64,000 nt of DNA, taken from the IMG/VR virus record IMGVR_UViG_3300049216_000067. The stretch is one strand, 5' to 3'. Origin of the DNA: a virus. The position numbers and the translations under genes were made by a program. Positions within the stretch are counted from its first letter, which is position 1. Every line of letters begins with the position of its first letter. The notes under the pieces were generated by a model. That model had not been told where the DNA came from. It did no database searches and saw only the letters and a program-made list of their open reading frames with translations. Below, one piece after another: positions 40,806-50,446 of this stretch.

Positions 40806-41504
40806 TCATGTTTCTGTTAGGTAGAGCCACTGAGTACCAGCTGCCTTCATATCAATCAGAATCTGAACTACACGCTCAGCAAAGTCTGAAAGCACTTTGT
40901 CACAGTTTGCATCGTCAAGGTCACTAGAAATCCAAGCAACAACACGAGTAATATATTCAACAGCATAGGTGTAAATAAGAAGAGGATCACTACTAGCAAT
41001 ACAATTAGCAGCAAAAACAACATCACCAACAGCAGCAGACCAACTAGCAAGACTAGTACTCCAAGCACCAAAACCAAAAGCATCCGTAGCAGCATCTCTA
41101 GCAGATTCTATATCAGTCACATTGCGACAGGTTTTTGCATGATTTGAAAGTCCTGCTCTGTCGAGTGCTTCGGCCAATGTGGTGTTAACTACCATTACAA
41201 TAACACGCTTGACAAATTCAATCTCATCTAGCTGATCCTTAGTGCCAAGTTGGGCAATTCCGAGGCGACGAAGGCCAGCTGCTCTTGACTGAGAAGATGA
41301 CCATTCACAATCATTCAACATGATCTTTAAAAGACGGAGTGTATCGCTGACACATCCGGGTTTATCAGAATGAGGCAGATCTAGGGCAAAACATACCGCT
41401 GCTTCAACGCACATTTGACCAGGAACTGGATCACCTAGACCCCTGACAAGTCCTTGGTCAATGGTCTGAAGAACCTTGAGTGCAACCTGTTCATTGATTT
41501 CCAT
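40806..41504 (-). CDS. Hypothetical protein
   Basis: Likely start MEINEQ after an AGGAG RBS; MCVEAAV...CVS..LND motif. Confidence 0.6.
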   Translation of the reverse strand: MEINEQVALKVLQTIDQGLVRGLGDPVPGQMCVEAAVCFALDLPHSDKPGCVSDTLRLLKIMLNDCEWSSSQSRAAGLRRLGIAQLGTKDQLDEIEFVKRVIVMVVNTTLAEALDRAGLSNHAKTCRNVTDIESARDAATDAFGFGAWSTSLASWSAAVGDVVFAANCIASSDPLLIYTYAVEYITRVVAWISSDLDDANCDKVLSDFAERVVQILIDMKAAGTQWLYLTET

Positions 41505-41792
41505 GTAAACTCCTAACAGTTCTTTAATTAAAGGCCATGACGCGGTCAACTGCTGGCTTGGCAGGAGGAACGTCCCAACCAAACATGGAACCTGCCATGG
41601 CAGCTTGCTTCTCAGTGAAGCTAAAAGAGCCATACATGGAATCCCACAATTTAATTCTGTCCTCAGTATCGGCCTTAAGGAAACCTAACAAACCGTATTC
41701 CAAAAAGATCTTCTCACCAGTTGTCGGATGAAAGACCGGGAAAAGTTTATAGGTTTCGGTGCCGTGCTCTTTCATGGTTCCTCCTAATAGGA

Positions 41793-42350
41793 TCAGATTG
41801 AAGTGACTCTAAGAGAATCGAGTCGAGATGTCAAGGCTTTCTTTCTGCGGTGCAATTTCTTCAGGGCATTCTCGGCTCGCTTGGCCTTTCGTTCCCATCG
41901 TTCAATGGACGCATCAATGGCCAACATTTTCGAGTCCACGGTCTTAGGTTTCTTGACACCTTTCTTGAGGGTCTTTTCAATCAGACCTTTCTTCATCACC
42001 CATTCGACCATCTCACGTTCCAGAGTGGCATGGCCACCATCATGGGGCCTTGCACGAGGATGACGTTTCTTAAAGACATAATGAGAAGCATCATGGATCA
42101 GACGACCCCAACCCTTGTAATGACTCTTGGTCGGTTTGGTCGATGCCCAGCAACGTCTGGCTTTTTGCCTGTTGGTGCCAATAGGACGCCCACCACGCTG
42201 TTCCAGGACACCCACCGGGATATCCTTCGTCTTGCCGAAAGTCTTCACCAGGCGCTTATAAACACCCAGAGCGTCTTTCATGCTGATAGGAGGTAGAACC
42301 TCAGGAAGAGACTGTTCGACTGGTTCATAACGGGGATCATGGATCATCAT
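41793..42350 (-). CDS. Basic protein with a zincin-like HDxxH...H motif
   Basis: LIHDASHYVF...PHDGGH. Confidence 0.5.
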   Translation of the reverse strand: MMIHDPRYEPVEQSLPEVLPPISMKDALGVYKRLVKTFGKTKDIPVGVLEQRGGRPIGTNRQKARRCWASTKPTKSHYKGWGRLIHDASHYVFKKRHPRARPHDGGHATLEREMVEWVMKKGLIEKTLKKGVKKPKTVDSKMLAIDASIERWERKAKRAENALKKLHRRKKALTSRLDSLRVTSI

Positions 42351-42357
42351 TTAATCC

Positions 42358-42564
42358 TTAAATTAAAAAATGACAATGATGACACTCTTGAAGTAATGAA
42401 CTATTCAGTTTGCCACAGTTTTGACATTTCCATGGCAACTCACAGGTATTGGACATTGTCGTGGTGGTCGGCACTTGCACAGGACAAGTGACCACATTCG
42501 GCGCATGTGCGCTTCCACAATTCGGGCAACGCCAGCCCATGGGCACAAATTCATTCATCGACAT
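42358..42564 (-). CDS. Double Zn-finger protein (RanBP2-type C-terminal finger)
   Basis: Exact W-x-C-x2-C-x3-N-x6-C-x2-C match (WKCQNCGKLNSSLLQECHHC). Confidence 0.6.
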   Translation of the reverse strand: MSMNEFVPMGWRCPNCGSAHAPNVVTCPVQVPTTTTMSNTCELPWKCQNCGKLNSSLLQECHHCHFLI

Positions 42565-43421
42565 TACTGTTCCTCCTATACAACTAGGATCACTTTAATC
42601 TTAAAGAATTAAGATGTCAAGCAAGATGCGCAGCGCAAATCCAGCAACGATCAAAATTGCAACACCAAACAGAAATGCGTCTAGATCATTCATATGGCTA
42701 ACGTTCCATTGACATCTAGAATTTTCTTGTCAATCTCGGCAATCTTCTGCTCGATTTCATCTAGAACACTTTCAACCCTAATAAGACCGATTTCTGAATC
42801 GTGGATCAATGTGTACCTACCATTGTCGATAACATTGTTAATTTTATTAATGGTATTGGTCATAGATATGGCTCCAACTTCCATATATCTGGAATGTGTA
42901 TAATCATGAAGTTCGAGTATTTTGTGTTCAATTAAATAATACATTGTTCTGTATCCTCAGTTTGTTTAGATACTTCTATCATAGCAGAAAGATCTTTAAT
43001 ATTCATATTTGATGTTCCACGATTGACAATTTGTGATGTTCAAGATGACAAGATCTGCATAACCACTTGACTGTATGAGGATCGTTATAATCTTCGTGAT
43101 GTGCTTGACTCTTTGGGTCATCACACATCTCACAGGCTTTCTTAATAATATGGCCACGTTTTAATAAGCCATCTAAATCACCGTGTTCTTATTACGGTCC
43201 TATTATCCCAGCGAACCTTTTAAGACTCAAAATTTTATTTTTAATTTTTTGAAACGGACTTATTAAGAAACGTGCAGCAGCGAACCTTTAAGAACAATCC
43301 TATTAAAATTTTTAAAATTAAAGAGAGCAACTAACGAAGGTACCCCGAACAGAGAGTAGAAGCCACTCCCCGGATGGGACCCAGAAACACTGTATTTTTG
43401 ACATAATAGGATTGGACATAT

Positions 43422-43564
43422 GCTCAGCACATGTGACATATGCTGTCGCATGGCTCAGCACATGTGACATATGCTGTCGCATGGCTCAGCACATGTGACA
43501 TATGCTGTCGCATGGCTCAGCACATGTGACATATGCTGTCGCATGGCTCAGCACATGTGACATA
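43422..43564. repeat. Perfect 31-bp tandem repeat, about 4.6 copies
   Basis: Unit GCTCAGCACATGTGACATATGCTGTCGCATG at 43422, 43453, 43484, 43515 and a partial copy at 43546. Confidence 0.97.
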
Positions 43565-43630
43565 AGAGTCAAGTATTAAAACTGTGACACAGTAAGCACT
43601 AATAGCACTCCATTACAATGCATTATGGTT

Positions 43631-44194
43631 AATAGGAACTTGTCCGGACGGACATAGGGCTTGACAATACGATATTGTGACGCACAGCACAGAATAGTTC
43701 CTATTAGGTGGGCTAATAAGACTGTCTAATGTAACATATTGTGTTTCTCACACTTGACACGCGACTGTCAATCATTAATAGGACATAACATAGCTGTGTG
43801 CTGATAACGTGATGCACATCACAGATTATACAAATAGGAACTTGTCCGGACGGACATGGGGCTTGACATTATAAAAGTGTGAACCAGCGCACAGTAACGG
43901 CCTACGGCACGTAGGGATTAGTCCTATTAGTGCGCTCGGTGGACACTGCCTCAGTATGAAATTAATTAATAATAAGGCATAATAGCATGAATAGAATTCA
44001 TGTCGTTATTCGTTTGGGCTAGACTAGCTTCTATATCAAAGGGTTAATAGCAATAGGACAGCATAAGACGCTATTAGAGCCGATCTAATAGGAAAGGTAA
44101 TAAAGGGGCAGGGATAGACTGAAAGCCGCTATAAAGCGATCCTATTAGAATCAAATTGAACATAATCTTAATAGGAACTTGTCCGGACGGACAT
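43631..44194 (+). repeat. Three exact 25-bp direct repeats AATAGGAACTTGTCCGGACGGACAT
   Basis: At 43631-43655, 43833-43857 and 44170-44194. Confidence 0.95.
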
Positions 44195-44215
44195 AGGATT
44201 GTGGGGGGGGGACAC

Positions 44216-44241
44216 AAAAAAGCCCTGACTGGCAGGGCTTT
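44216..44241 (-). terminator. Intrinsic terminator at the left end of the island
   Basis: AAAGCCCTG-CCAGT-CAGGGCTTTTT. Confidence 0.75.
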
Positions 44242-44296
44242 GGTTAAGACTCACGGACGTTTCGTCTGTGATAAGACTCACGGCAGAGAGGGTTTC

Positions 44297-44617
44297 TTAG
44301 CGGTCAAACTCCATGAAACCGACACTAGCCACGACATAGGACCGATAGCCGGTCTCGGTCTCGATGATGAGGATATCGCCGACACTGGTAGAGCGTGCCC
44401 ATTCCATACCGTGGTCACGCGAACCAAAGAAGTTAACACCCATGTTTTCCCACCATAGTGATTCAATCGTGTTAGTCAGTTCGTATGCCTTGCTGAGCGA
44501 ATCAGTCTCAACGGTAGCCACAAGCTTGTAGTCGCGCATAATCGTGGTGACTGAGGCGCGAAAGTCTTTCGGGACTACGAAAGTCTGGTTATTGGCATGC
44601 CAGACTTGAATTGACAT
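44297..44617 (-). CDS. YodL-like domain protein
   Basis: YKLVATV...AYELTN...RSTSVGDI...YVVASVGF; likely start MSIQ after AGGAG. Confidence 0.65.
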   Translation of the reverse strand: MSIQVWHANNQTFVVPKDFRASVTTIMRDYKLVATVETDSLSKAYELTNTIESLWWENMGVNFFGSRDHGMEWARSTSVGDILIIETETGYRSYVVASVGFMEFDR

Positions 44618-44676
44618 AATAGGATTCTCCTTTGGGTTATTGCTGCAAACGGTTCGTTTCGGTTCTAGAGTGACTA

Positions 44677-45598
44677 TCATGAATGCGACTCCAGGCTATC
44701 AATCGCATAGTCCGCGTTCATGCTCTCAGCCAATTCGATTGCCTCAAAATCATAGAATTCCTGAGAGCCTATCACCGCGTTAGTGAGTTCACTCCAAACG
44801 ACAAATTTGCCGTCGCCTACGGAGCGAACCTGATACGGACCATTTAGTCTTTTGTTGCCCATGCTCTGTATCTCCTTTGATGAATCGACCTAATAGGATC
44901 ATGCAAGGGGCATGCCAATAGCAAACAAAACAATCAGGGCGCTAATAGGATCATTCTACTAGCGTGACCCTGACAAATTTTGTCAGTCTGTGACGGTTTC
45001 AGCCCTTTAGCGTCGATAGCTGCCAGTGTCGGTGACAGCAACGTAACAGGCGACGATTGCGGCAAACATTAAGAACATTGACATATGGTGTACTCCTTTT
45101 TAGACAGTTTTGGACAATGAAACAATGTCAGTATCGTTTGACACTACATCGACGCGGCTTAAACCCGTGTAAAGAAATTTTTCCTTAATAATACGGTTCA
45201 TTGCGCGGATTGCAGCGTTGCGCGTCGATGCCTCAATGCAAACAATGATGTTCCCGCTTGCATCGTAGCCAATGGCATCATAAGTCTCGGTAGAGTCATA
45301 ATCGCCTGACATATGGTGTACTCCTTTAAGTGAGAGTGATTTAACTTAATAGCTATTCGCGCCCATAGTCCCAGTCACCATGTTGCATCGCGTCTGCGGC
45401 ATCTGCCTCGCCCTCGCGATAGGCGTCGATAATATCCCGGACGGCAATCTCCGGACTGCAATTGTACGAATTGACATACTCGCACGCTTCCATAAACAGG
45501 GTTTCCATGTCCAAGTGATCCGGAAGCAACGCATCTTTAATGATGAGCATGATTGCCGCGTTTCGCGCTTGTATCGACTGGTATACCGTGTCCGACAT
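44677..45598 (-). CDS. Small early-type ORFs (44677-44862; 45007-45084; 45100-45312; 45353-45598)
   Basis: Strong AAGGAG RBSs; leader AAAGGAGTACACCATATGTCA duplicated before two of them. Confidence 0.65.
44902..44918 (-). promoter_or_regulatory. sigma54 (-24/-12) promoter P1
   Basis: TTGGCATGCCCCTTGCA; TGACA-AATTT-TGTCA at 44971-44985. Confidence 0.8.
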
Positions 45599-45637
45599 GC
45601 TTTGTACTCCTTTGGAATTGATCCGTAGCTAGGATCA

Positions 45638-45654
45638 TGCAAGGGGCATGCCAA
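45638..45654 (-). promoter_or_regulatory. sigma54 promoter P2
   Basis: TTGGCATGCCCCTTGCA; TGACG-TAAAT-TGTCA at 45705-45719. Confidence 0.8.
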
Positions 45655-45800
45655 TTCAATCAGGGCACTAATAGGACGATTCTACCCCGCAATGTGACGC
45701 AAAGTGACGTAAATTGTCAGTCGATTGACAATCAGGGGCACATTTTAACAAGTCGGCTCGTTAAATCTTTCAATCAGCGGTCTAGTAGCCCTTGTTTTAG

Positions 45801-45817
45801 TTGGCACGATGTGTGCA
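45801..45817 (+). promoter_or_regulatory. sigma54 promoter P3 (divergent from P2)
   Basis: TTGGCACGATGTGTGCA, about 40 bp before the DUF932 ATG. Confidence 0.75.
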
Positions 45818-45858
45818 TAATCCTAATCGTCAGTCATTTCAAACAAGGAGATTCAAAC

Positions 45859-46914
45859 ATGTCACATCAGATTGCTAATCAAGCCAATGGTCAAGCTGCT
45901 GCGGTATTCAGTGCCTTAGAGGGCGCTGGCTGGACAGGTCTCGGTCAAGAGATTCCGGCAGACATGGCCAATGATCCCCGCGCCATTGCCAAATTGTGCG
46001 GCGCTAACTTCACTGTTGAAAAACGAGAATGCTACTTTAAGAGTGCTGAAGGCACCTATAAGGCCGCGCGCGGAAAGGATGTGTTAGTCCGCACCGATAC
46101 GGATCGCATGCTGAGTGTCGTGTCCGACAATCGCTATCATGTCACTAATCGTCAGCCTGTCGATATCTTCGAAGCTTTCCGCGACGAACTGGCACAGAAT
46201 AATCTGACAATCTCGCATGGTGCCGTGCTCCGAGGTGGCGCTGATATCGTCGTTTGCGCCTTGCTTCCCTCAGAGTTTGATATCGTGGTAGGCAACGGTG
46301 ACCGAATCAAGCAATACGTCACCGCTAGCACGGGCTACAATGGCCACGGCACGCGCGTCACTAAGTCAGGCTATCGCGTCGTGTGCGCTAACACGCATGC
46401 CGCGAACATTGCGGATGCTGAGGCAAAGGATAAAATCCGCACCATTCGCGCTAGCACGCAATTGGAGCGCGATTCTATCGCTAACCTGATTGTCGATGTG
46501 AAAAAGCTTGTGGACGCAGAGCGCGCGACCTTCGATGCCATGGCCAATACTCGCATGTCTAACGAAGATGTAGCGCGCTACTTCGCGGATGTGCTGGAAT
46601 TCAACATCGCGGATCTGAACCGTACCAATGCGAACGGCAAGAAACTCGTTAGCACTAAAACTCAAAACATCGTGAATCAATTGCTTGCGAGCTATGCGAA
46701 TGCTCCGGGCGCGGACATGGCCATGGGGACCGCATGGGGCGCATTCAACGCGGTGACCTACTACGCGACGCATCTTAAGACTGTGCGCGATACCAGCGGT
46801 TCAGGTGAGTCTGCGGCTCGCGTCGCGTCTAACCTGAATGGGGACGCGGCTCAAATGAAATTGCGTGCCTTGCAGCTAGCGGCAAGCTACTCGGATATCG
46901 CAGTAGCCGCGTAA
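45859..46914 (+). CDS. DUF932 / TIGR03299-family phage-plasmid protein, copy A
   Basis: WTGLG, LVRTDT, LRGG, RVVCANT and GTAWGAFNAVT motifs; start MSHQI after AAGGAG. Confidence 0.85.
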   Translation: MSHQIANQANGQAAAVFSALEGAGWTGLGQEIPADMANDPRAIAKLCGANFTVEKRECYFKSAEGTYKAARGKDVLVRTDTDRMLSVVSDNRYHVTNRQPVDIFEAFRDELAQNNLTISHGAVLRGGADIVVCALLPSEFDIVVGNGDRIKQYVTASTGYNGHGTRVTKSGYRVVCANTHAANIADAEAKDKIRTIRASTQLERDSIANLIVDVKKLVDAERATFDAMANTRMSNEDVARYFADVLEFNIADLNRTNANGKKLVSTKTQNIVNQLLASYANAPGADMAMGTAWGAFNAVTYYATHLKTVRDTSGSGESAARVASNLNGDAAQMKLRALQLAASYSDIAVAA

Positions 46915-46922
46915 TGACTCAC

Positions 46923-46954
46923 GGCGCGGGGACCGTGAAACCCGCGCCCTTTTC
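46923..46954 (+). terminator. Intrinsic terminator
   Basis: GGCGCGGG-N10-CCCGCGCC-CTTTT. Confidence 0.8.
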
Positions 46955-47039
46955 TTAAAGTGTGAAGTCTGACACGCATTTTAAGGAAAGGGTTTAATAG
47001 AATTCTCTTAACACGCAACGGACACAAGGAGATATTAAT

Positions 47040-48004
47040 ATGTTAAACATCAAGGGCGCTTTCGTGGTCATCAAACAGTCTGGCGTCGAGCCGGTCATCC
47101 TTGGCGAGCGCCAGTATGTCGGCTATATGGAGCGCGTGACGATTGTAGGCTTTGACAAGGCTAACCATTTCGTATTCGGGGCCGGTACGATTGCCGCGTT
47201 GCCTTGCACGCAAGCGTGCATGGAATCCGTAGCCCTGAACTATGCCGATACCGAGAAGCACGGCAAAATGGTCAAGGCAATCTGTGCGCGCATTGCGCTC
47301 GGTATGCCGCTAGGCAACGGCAAGGATATCGGGGAGGGTGGCTTGGGCATCAAGTCGCCTGTAGACGCGCCTAAGTCGCCTAATGGCGGTTCGCGCGTCT
47401 CGGTCCCCGATTCAATCAACGCCTAACCCAAGGAGAATATTATGGAAAATAAACTAGTCAAGGAATTGCGAGACATCTCATATGAGATAGACGGTATTGC
47501 CGCTGACTTAGCGGCAGGGGATATCGACCCAGCAAAAGCCGCTGAAACCCTGGCGAACGTTGCCATGGGCTTGCGCATTGGATTGAATGCACTCACACGC
47601 TCGGTTCCTGACTTAAACAACGCCTAACGAAAGGAGCATATATTATGTCAACTAACGCTACCCTCGAATTTGTCGATTCAAACAAGTGTAAGTGTTATGT
47701 CTATAAACACTGGGACGGCTCTCCTAGCGGAATCAAAGAGGCAATCTTCAAGGCTCTTCGCTTTTCGTGGCTATTGCCCCGCTTTGAGGCGGATGAATTC
47801 GCGGCATCATTCATTGCGGCTAACAAGGTCGGACCCGGAGATGTCCGCGTGATAGGCAAACTGAAAGACTATTCTGGCGACTATCATTATGCCATATCGC
47901 ATTCTGTGGATATTTGGATTAAGGCATATTCACTCGATTTTAAAGACGGCAAACGCACCTTGATTTATGACGGCAGTTTCCGCGAATGGAATCCGATAGA
48001 CTGA
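47040..48004 (+). CDS. Three hypothetical ORFs (47040-47426; 47442-47627; 47645-48004 with a YKHWDGSP motif)
   Basis: Each has an AAGGAG RBS; the AACGCCTAAC gene end is repeated. Confidence 0.7.
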
Positions 48005-48098
48005 CAATTAGTGTCACATTGTGACGGCACATTGTGACACTTTTAAACATCGAGCAATTGAAACTGGCCTACTAGACCGACGATTGAATGATTTAGAC

Positions 48099-48115
48099 TT
48101 GGCACGCCGATTGCA
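48099..48115 (+). promoter_or_regulatory. sigma54 promoter P4
   Basis: TTGGCACGCCGATTGCA (near-consensus); TGACA-ATTAG-TGTCA at 48002-48016. Confidence 0.85.
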
Positions 48116-48153
48116 TACTCTTAGTCAGTAGTAACGAATTGGGGGATTAACGA

Positions 48154-48909
48154 ATGAATATGAATGGCGCGATTATCTATAAAGGACCGAGTTTGCTAGA
48201 CGGCTCTCCGATTGTCGTTATCGCTAGTGGCCTAGCCGCTAAGTCATCTAATCGTAAGACTGGGGACATGGTTCAGACTTACATTCTACGCGCCGACATG
48301 GAGCCGACTACGGCAGTTAAATCAGGCGCTGATAGTTCAATCTGCGGCGCATGTCCGCATCGCGGCATCGCGCACGGCGACCATAACGAAGGTCGGACAT
48401 GCTATGTCAATGTCGGTCAAGGCCCTTTGCAGATTTATCGCGGCTTTGTTCGCGGCATTTATCCGACTGTAGACGCCGACAAGCTTGCTTATATCGGCGC
48501 TGGGCGCAATGTGCGGCTCGGTACGTATGGTGATCCTGCGGCAGTGCCTACGCATGTTTGGGAAACCCTTGTTTCGAAGTCTGAGGGGCATACCGGCTAC
48601 ACGCATCAATGGCGCAATGCTCCGACGTTACGCACACTGTGCATGGCCAGCGCCGACAGTGAGGCAGATGCCATTGAGGCGCATGCTAGTGGCTGGCGTA
48701 CCTTTCGCGTTGCCTTGCCTTGTGATGCACCTAAGCTTGCGTCTGAAGTAGTCTGTCCTGCCAGTGCTGAGGCAGGTAAGAAGCTTGCTTGTGCCGAATG
48801 TCTCGCGTGCTGCGGCGCTGACGGTAGGAAAGGCTCGATTGTGATTCAGGCACATGGCGGTTTTGCTGTCATGTCCAACATTAAGAAACGTTCAGAATTG
48901 AACATCTAA
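48154..48909 (+). CDS. Cys-rich, GP88/radical-SAM-like phage protein
   Basis: NRKTG, ICGACPH...CYV, RLGTYGDP, GYTHQW, CPA...CAECLAC. Confidence 0.55.
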   Translation: MNMNGAIIYKGPSLLDGSPIVVIASGLAAKSSNRKTGDMVQTYILRADMEPTTAVKSGADSSICGACPHRGIAHGDHNEGRTCYVNVGQGPLQIYRGFVRGIYPTVDADKLAYIGAGRNVRLGTYGDPAAVPTHVWETLVSKSEGHTGYTHQWRNAPTLRTLCMASADSEADAIEAHASGWRTFRVALPCDAPKLASEVVCPASAEAGKKLACAECLACCGADGRKGSIVIQAHGGFAVMSNIKKRSELNI

Positions 48910-48952
48910 AGTTTAATTAACCCTCAATTGTAACTCACAAGGAGATTATATT

Positions 48953-49312
48953 ATGTACAATCTTAACTCTAATCGTCGTTGGAAGCGTGTCATTGCCGTC
49001 AATCAGATGCACACTTGTAATCGTGCTGCGCGTCGTGCTGCGGCTCGGATTCAAGCCGCATTGACTCCTAATGGTCCTGCCCCTACTGCCGATAGCCCTA
49101 GCGTGGCCACGGTTCAGCGTGTCTATTCGCGCCCCTATGTTGGTATCAATCCGGACGGTTTCTATGTCATGTTTCGCGCCAAGTCTGTACCGGAGGGTTA
49201 CACTGCCGTTATGGGTCCGTTTAAGACTACGCGAGCCGCACAGTATGCGCTCGATAATCCGGATGTTATTAGCGTTGCAGTCGCGGAGCGCATGTCTAAA
49301 GAGTCGGTTTAA
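48953..49312 (+). CDS. Hypothetical basic protein
   Basis: AAGGAG RBS; intact ORF. Confidence 0.65.
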   Translation: MYNLNSNRRWKRVIAVNQMHTCNRAARRAAARIQAALTPNGPAPTADSPSVATVQRVYSRPYVGINPDGFYVMFRAKSVPEGYTAVMGPFKTTRAAQYALDNPDVISVAVAERMSKESV

Positions 49313-49332
49313 TAAGACTCTAAACGACAAAT

Positions 49333-49368
49333 GCCCCGGAGAGCAATTCTCCGGGGCTTTCTCTTTTA
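49333..49368. terminator. Terminator between convergent genes
   Basis: GCCCCGGAGA-GCAAT-TCTCCGGGGC-TTTCTCTTTT. Confidence 0.85.
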
Positions 49369-49377
49369 CCCTTTGGG

Positions 49378-50310
49378 TTATGCGGCCTCGCGTTGTTTTA
49401 CCTTGCTAGGTCGCGTAGCGTAGCTTAGAGCTAGATCTAATGCTCTCACTTTCAATCGATTCGCATCTCCGTTCAGGTTACTAGCTGCGCGTGCTGTCTC
49501 GGTTCCGGAGCCTGTAGTATCTCGCACTGTCTTGAGATGCGTTGCATAATAGGCGACTGCCTGCAATGCGCCCCAGACTGTACCTTTAGCTAAATCGGCT
49601 CCTGGCGCATTCACATAAGACTGAGTAATAGCTTTCAATATGTTCTCAGTCTTAGTACTCACTAGCTTTGATCCTGCCTTGACTTTTCCGATATCTGCCG
49701 GATCTACATCGAGCACACTGGAAAAGTATTTTGTTATATCCTTGTTTGGCATCTCGGTATCAAATAGCAGTTTGAATGTTTGCGCCTCATCTTTAATTTG
49801 TGCCTTAATGTTTTTCATGATTTCAGGCACAGTCGATTCATCGATGCTAGTGCTAAGCGTAGCTCCCGATACCGTTCGGATTAGCCCTTTCGTCGCTCGG
49901 CTCTTATGCTTCGAATTGTAGTCCATGGTAACTACAAGAAACGACTTTATTAAATCTCCTTTGCCTACTGTGATATCGTATTCACTCGGCAATTCAGCAC
50001 AGACTGTGATTAGAGACCCGCCTTTAATTGCCGTACCGTAAGCAATCTTTAGATCGAAGTCCGCTAGATCCGTCTGTAATGCGGAAAAAATGGTATCCGG
50101 ACGGACTAGCACATCTCTACCTGGCGCTTTAGAATAGGTGCCATCAGGGTTTTTGAAAAATACCGGACGTCTTTCTACCTGAAATGATGCGCCTACCATA
50201 TCGGCAATCTTGCTTGGATTGCCTTGGATATCGGCAGGTATTACCTTTCCCATGCCATCCACATATTGACTATTTTGCGACAGCATCGCAGTAACGATTG
50301 ACTTAGACAT
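49378..50310 (-). CDS. DUF932-family paralog, copy B (diverged)
   Basis: Aligns with copy A throughout, e.g. YYATHLKTVRDT and ASNLNGDA. Confidence 0.85.
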   Translation of the reverse strand: MSKSIVTAMLSQNSQYVDGMGKVIPADIQGNPSKIADMVGASFQVERRPVFFKNPDGTYSKAPGRDVLVRPDTIFSALQTDLADFDLKIAYGTAIKGGSLITVCAELPSEYDITVGKGDLIKSFLVVTMDYNSKHKSRATKGLIRTVSGATLSTSIDESTVPEIMKNIKAQIKDEAQTFKLLFDTEMPNKDITKYFSSVLDVDPADIGKVKAGSKLVSTKTENILKAITQSYVNAPGADLAKGTVWGALQAVAYYATHLKTVRDTTGSGTETARAASNLNGDANRLKVRALDLALSYATRPSKVKQREAA

Positions 50311-50446
50311 AATATACTCCTTAAGTTAGTTGAAAATATTTCAAATCGAATCAGTCAAAACACGCTTGCACATTAAGGGGAATCGGTATCCGTTTTCTGT
50401 GCGGTACCGTACATATGATTAATATTTTTGAATGCAAGCAATATCG

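Noticed and set aside
43422-43564. CRISPR array
   Set aside because: Units are head-to-tail identical with no unique spacers, and no cas genes are present
43631-44194. Mini-CRISPR formed by the 25-bp repeats
   Set aside because: Intervening sequences are 177 and 312 bp, too long and unequal
43263-44458. ORFs 43263-43451 and 44156-44458
   Set aside because: They run through repeats and a terminator, or lie antisense to the YodL-like gene; no RBS
45637-45858. N-terminal 74 aa of the 425-aa ORF
   Set aside because: It overlaps the divergent promoter region; the RBS and family motif place the start at 45859
45859-50310. Invertible segment bounded by the DUF932 paralogs
   Set aside because: Similarity is mainly at protein level with many synonymous differences; no recombinase or exact inverted repeats seen
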